DNA of 63,274 nucleotides, filler included, from Globobulimina sp. (taxonomy: Eukaryota): the NCBI GenBank assembly GCA_003354225.1. It is 53 parts of 53 records of this genome, joined end to end, with 100 filler letters (N's around TTAATTAATTAA, not from the genome) between each part and the next. Parts side by side here need not be neighbours in the genome. Positions count along the whole stretch, not along the records: positions 62,180 to 63,274 come from PIVH01023681.1; 52 more parts are not named here. One strand, written 5' to 3'. Of this stretch, positions 62,080 to 63,274 are shown one piece after another. Every line of letters begins with the position of its first letter. The first letter of the stretch is position 1. Below the pieces are notes generated by a model, which was not told the DNA's origin, searched no databases, and saw only the letters and a list, made by a program, of their open reading frames with translations. The translations under genes and the position numbers were made by a program.

Positions 62080-62649
62080 NNNNNNNNNNNNNNNNNNNNN
62101 NNNNNNNNNNNNNNNNNNNNNNNTTAATTAATTAANNNNNNNNNNNNNNNNNNNNNNNNNNNNNNNNNNNNNNNNNNNNCTGCATAAATAATGGCAACAA
62201 AGACGCGCAGAAATATGATGAGTTTGTGCAGTTTGCGGTGAATAATGACACCGACTGCTCATCAATTTGTTCATTCTGATGCTGCCGTCTCAAATGCCGG
62301 AGTTGATCCAGAAAAAACATATCCATTATTTGCGCAATCAGCTGCATCTCGACGACGCAAAAACGACTATGTCTACAAACACATCCTCAAAATCATCAAA
62401 GTCTGTATCAACACCTTTCACGCCATCAAGCATCAATAATTAATGTTATTTTAGTATATTTATTCTGTGACATTTGGCGTATTATGCGGTGCCATATGGC
62501 TTATTATGCTGCGCCAATTCTATCCATTATACCAGCAAATTTATAAAAACATTTTATTATAAAACAATAGTAAAATTAATGTATTTTATCATGGAATAAC
62601 GTATTTTGATTCAACGTATTTTGATTCCATTAATTTTCTATCAGATTTT

Positions 62650-62713
62650 GTGATGATAGCTTAAGTAAAGCATCTAATTACAGAAAATTTGGGTTCAAAT
62701 CCCAATCATCACA
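62650..62713 (+). ncRNA. tRNA-like element 5 (perfect 7-bp acceptor stem, shrunken anticodon arm, followed by TTTT)
   Basis: GTGATGA-TA-GCTT/AAGTA/AAGC-A-TCT/AATTAC/AGA-AAAT-TTGGG/TTCAAAT/CCCAA-TCATCAC-A-TTTT. Confidence 0.8.
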
Positions 62714-62864
62714 TTTTATTATTATCATACAAAAAAAACTATTTTTTGTTTGTGTTTCTGTTTCTGTCGTAGCACTTGTGCGAGGAGAGATATCTGACAG
62801 TTAACAAACTAAAACAAACAAAAAAAATAAATTAAAATTATGGTAATTATATTAATCAGTTTAC

Positions 62865-63110
62865 CGTGGTGATCACCACGTAATTTTTTTCCTTTTTTTT
62901 TCTCAATATTTTTTCGCTTTTTCTATTCAGCTGCGGTGAGAACCACCACTTAATTCCCCTTCTTTCTTTTTCAATTTTTTCCTTCAATAACCACCACTTA
63001 AATCAATTTTTCATCCGTTTGGTGGTGTTGTATCACCACAGAATCCATTTTTCTCTATTCCAATTTTAATCCGTTTCAATGGTGGTGTTGTATCACCACA
63101 ATATCCATTT
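62865..63110. repeat. Cluster of GTGGTG...CACCAC hairpins and palindromes
   Basis: CGTGGTGATCACCACG (62865-62880); GTGGTGTTGTATCACCAC at 63022-63039 and 63082-63099. Confidence 0.85.
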
Positions 63111-63152
63111 TTTCATTCCATAAAATCCAAATCCCATTACATGATGAGTTGC

Positions 63153-63218
63153 TGTCGCCACAGGATTCGAACCTGTATCTTCTGGATTGATCCAGTGCTC
63201 TGCTTGAGCTATGCGACC
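63153..63218 (-). ncRNA. tRNA-like element 6 (4-nt anticodon loop; same subfamily as element 3)
   Basis: GGTCGCA-TA-GCTC/AAGCA/GAGC-A-CTGGA/TCAA/TCCAG-AAGAT-ACAGG/TTCGAAT/CCTGT-GGCGACA. Confidence 0.8.
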
Positions 63219-63274
63219 ATTTCTGTTGCATTTACCATTTACCATTTTTTTATGTGGAGGTTTATTTTGCAAAT

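Overview
This window is not contiguous DNA. It is about 53 unrelated short contigs (each ~1.09-1.10 kb) joined by an artificial 100-nt linker (44 N + TTAATTAATTAA + 44 N), so gene neighbourhood across linkers has no meaning. Most contigs come from an AT-rich eukaryote with short (~50-70 nt) GT-AG introns. A divergent type-2 beta-tubulin points to Retaria, most likely a foraminiferan. Recognisable host gene fragments include G-alpha, PKG, a TKL kinase, DNA ligase IV, thiolase, MBOAT, ALKBH6-like, USP, U-box, F-box, RCC1-repeat, MRH and PqiA proteins. Bacterial fragments (HsdR, ABC substrate-binding protein, MFS, NapC/NirT-like, MFS-spermidine synthase fusion, phage-type prim-pol) are mixed in, several fused to eukaryotic DNA inside one contig, which suggests whole-genome-amplification chimeras. 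The most interesting signals: (1) a dispersed family of at least six tRNA-shaped elements with Pol III A/B boxes and covarying stems but no canonical anticodon loop; (2) a 977-nt circular or tandem unit with a variant minimal hammerhead ribozyme and a Penelope-like N-terminal ORF; (3) a duplicated exon in an acylpeptide hydrolase gene with an antisense segment able to pair with either acceptor; (4) an ADP-ribosyltransferase-like family with an H-S-E triad; (5) a stand-alone TVpol, a DIRS/Crypton-type tyrosine recombinase and several foldback elements. All calls come from reading the sequence and recognising motifs; no searches were run.
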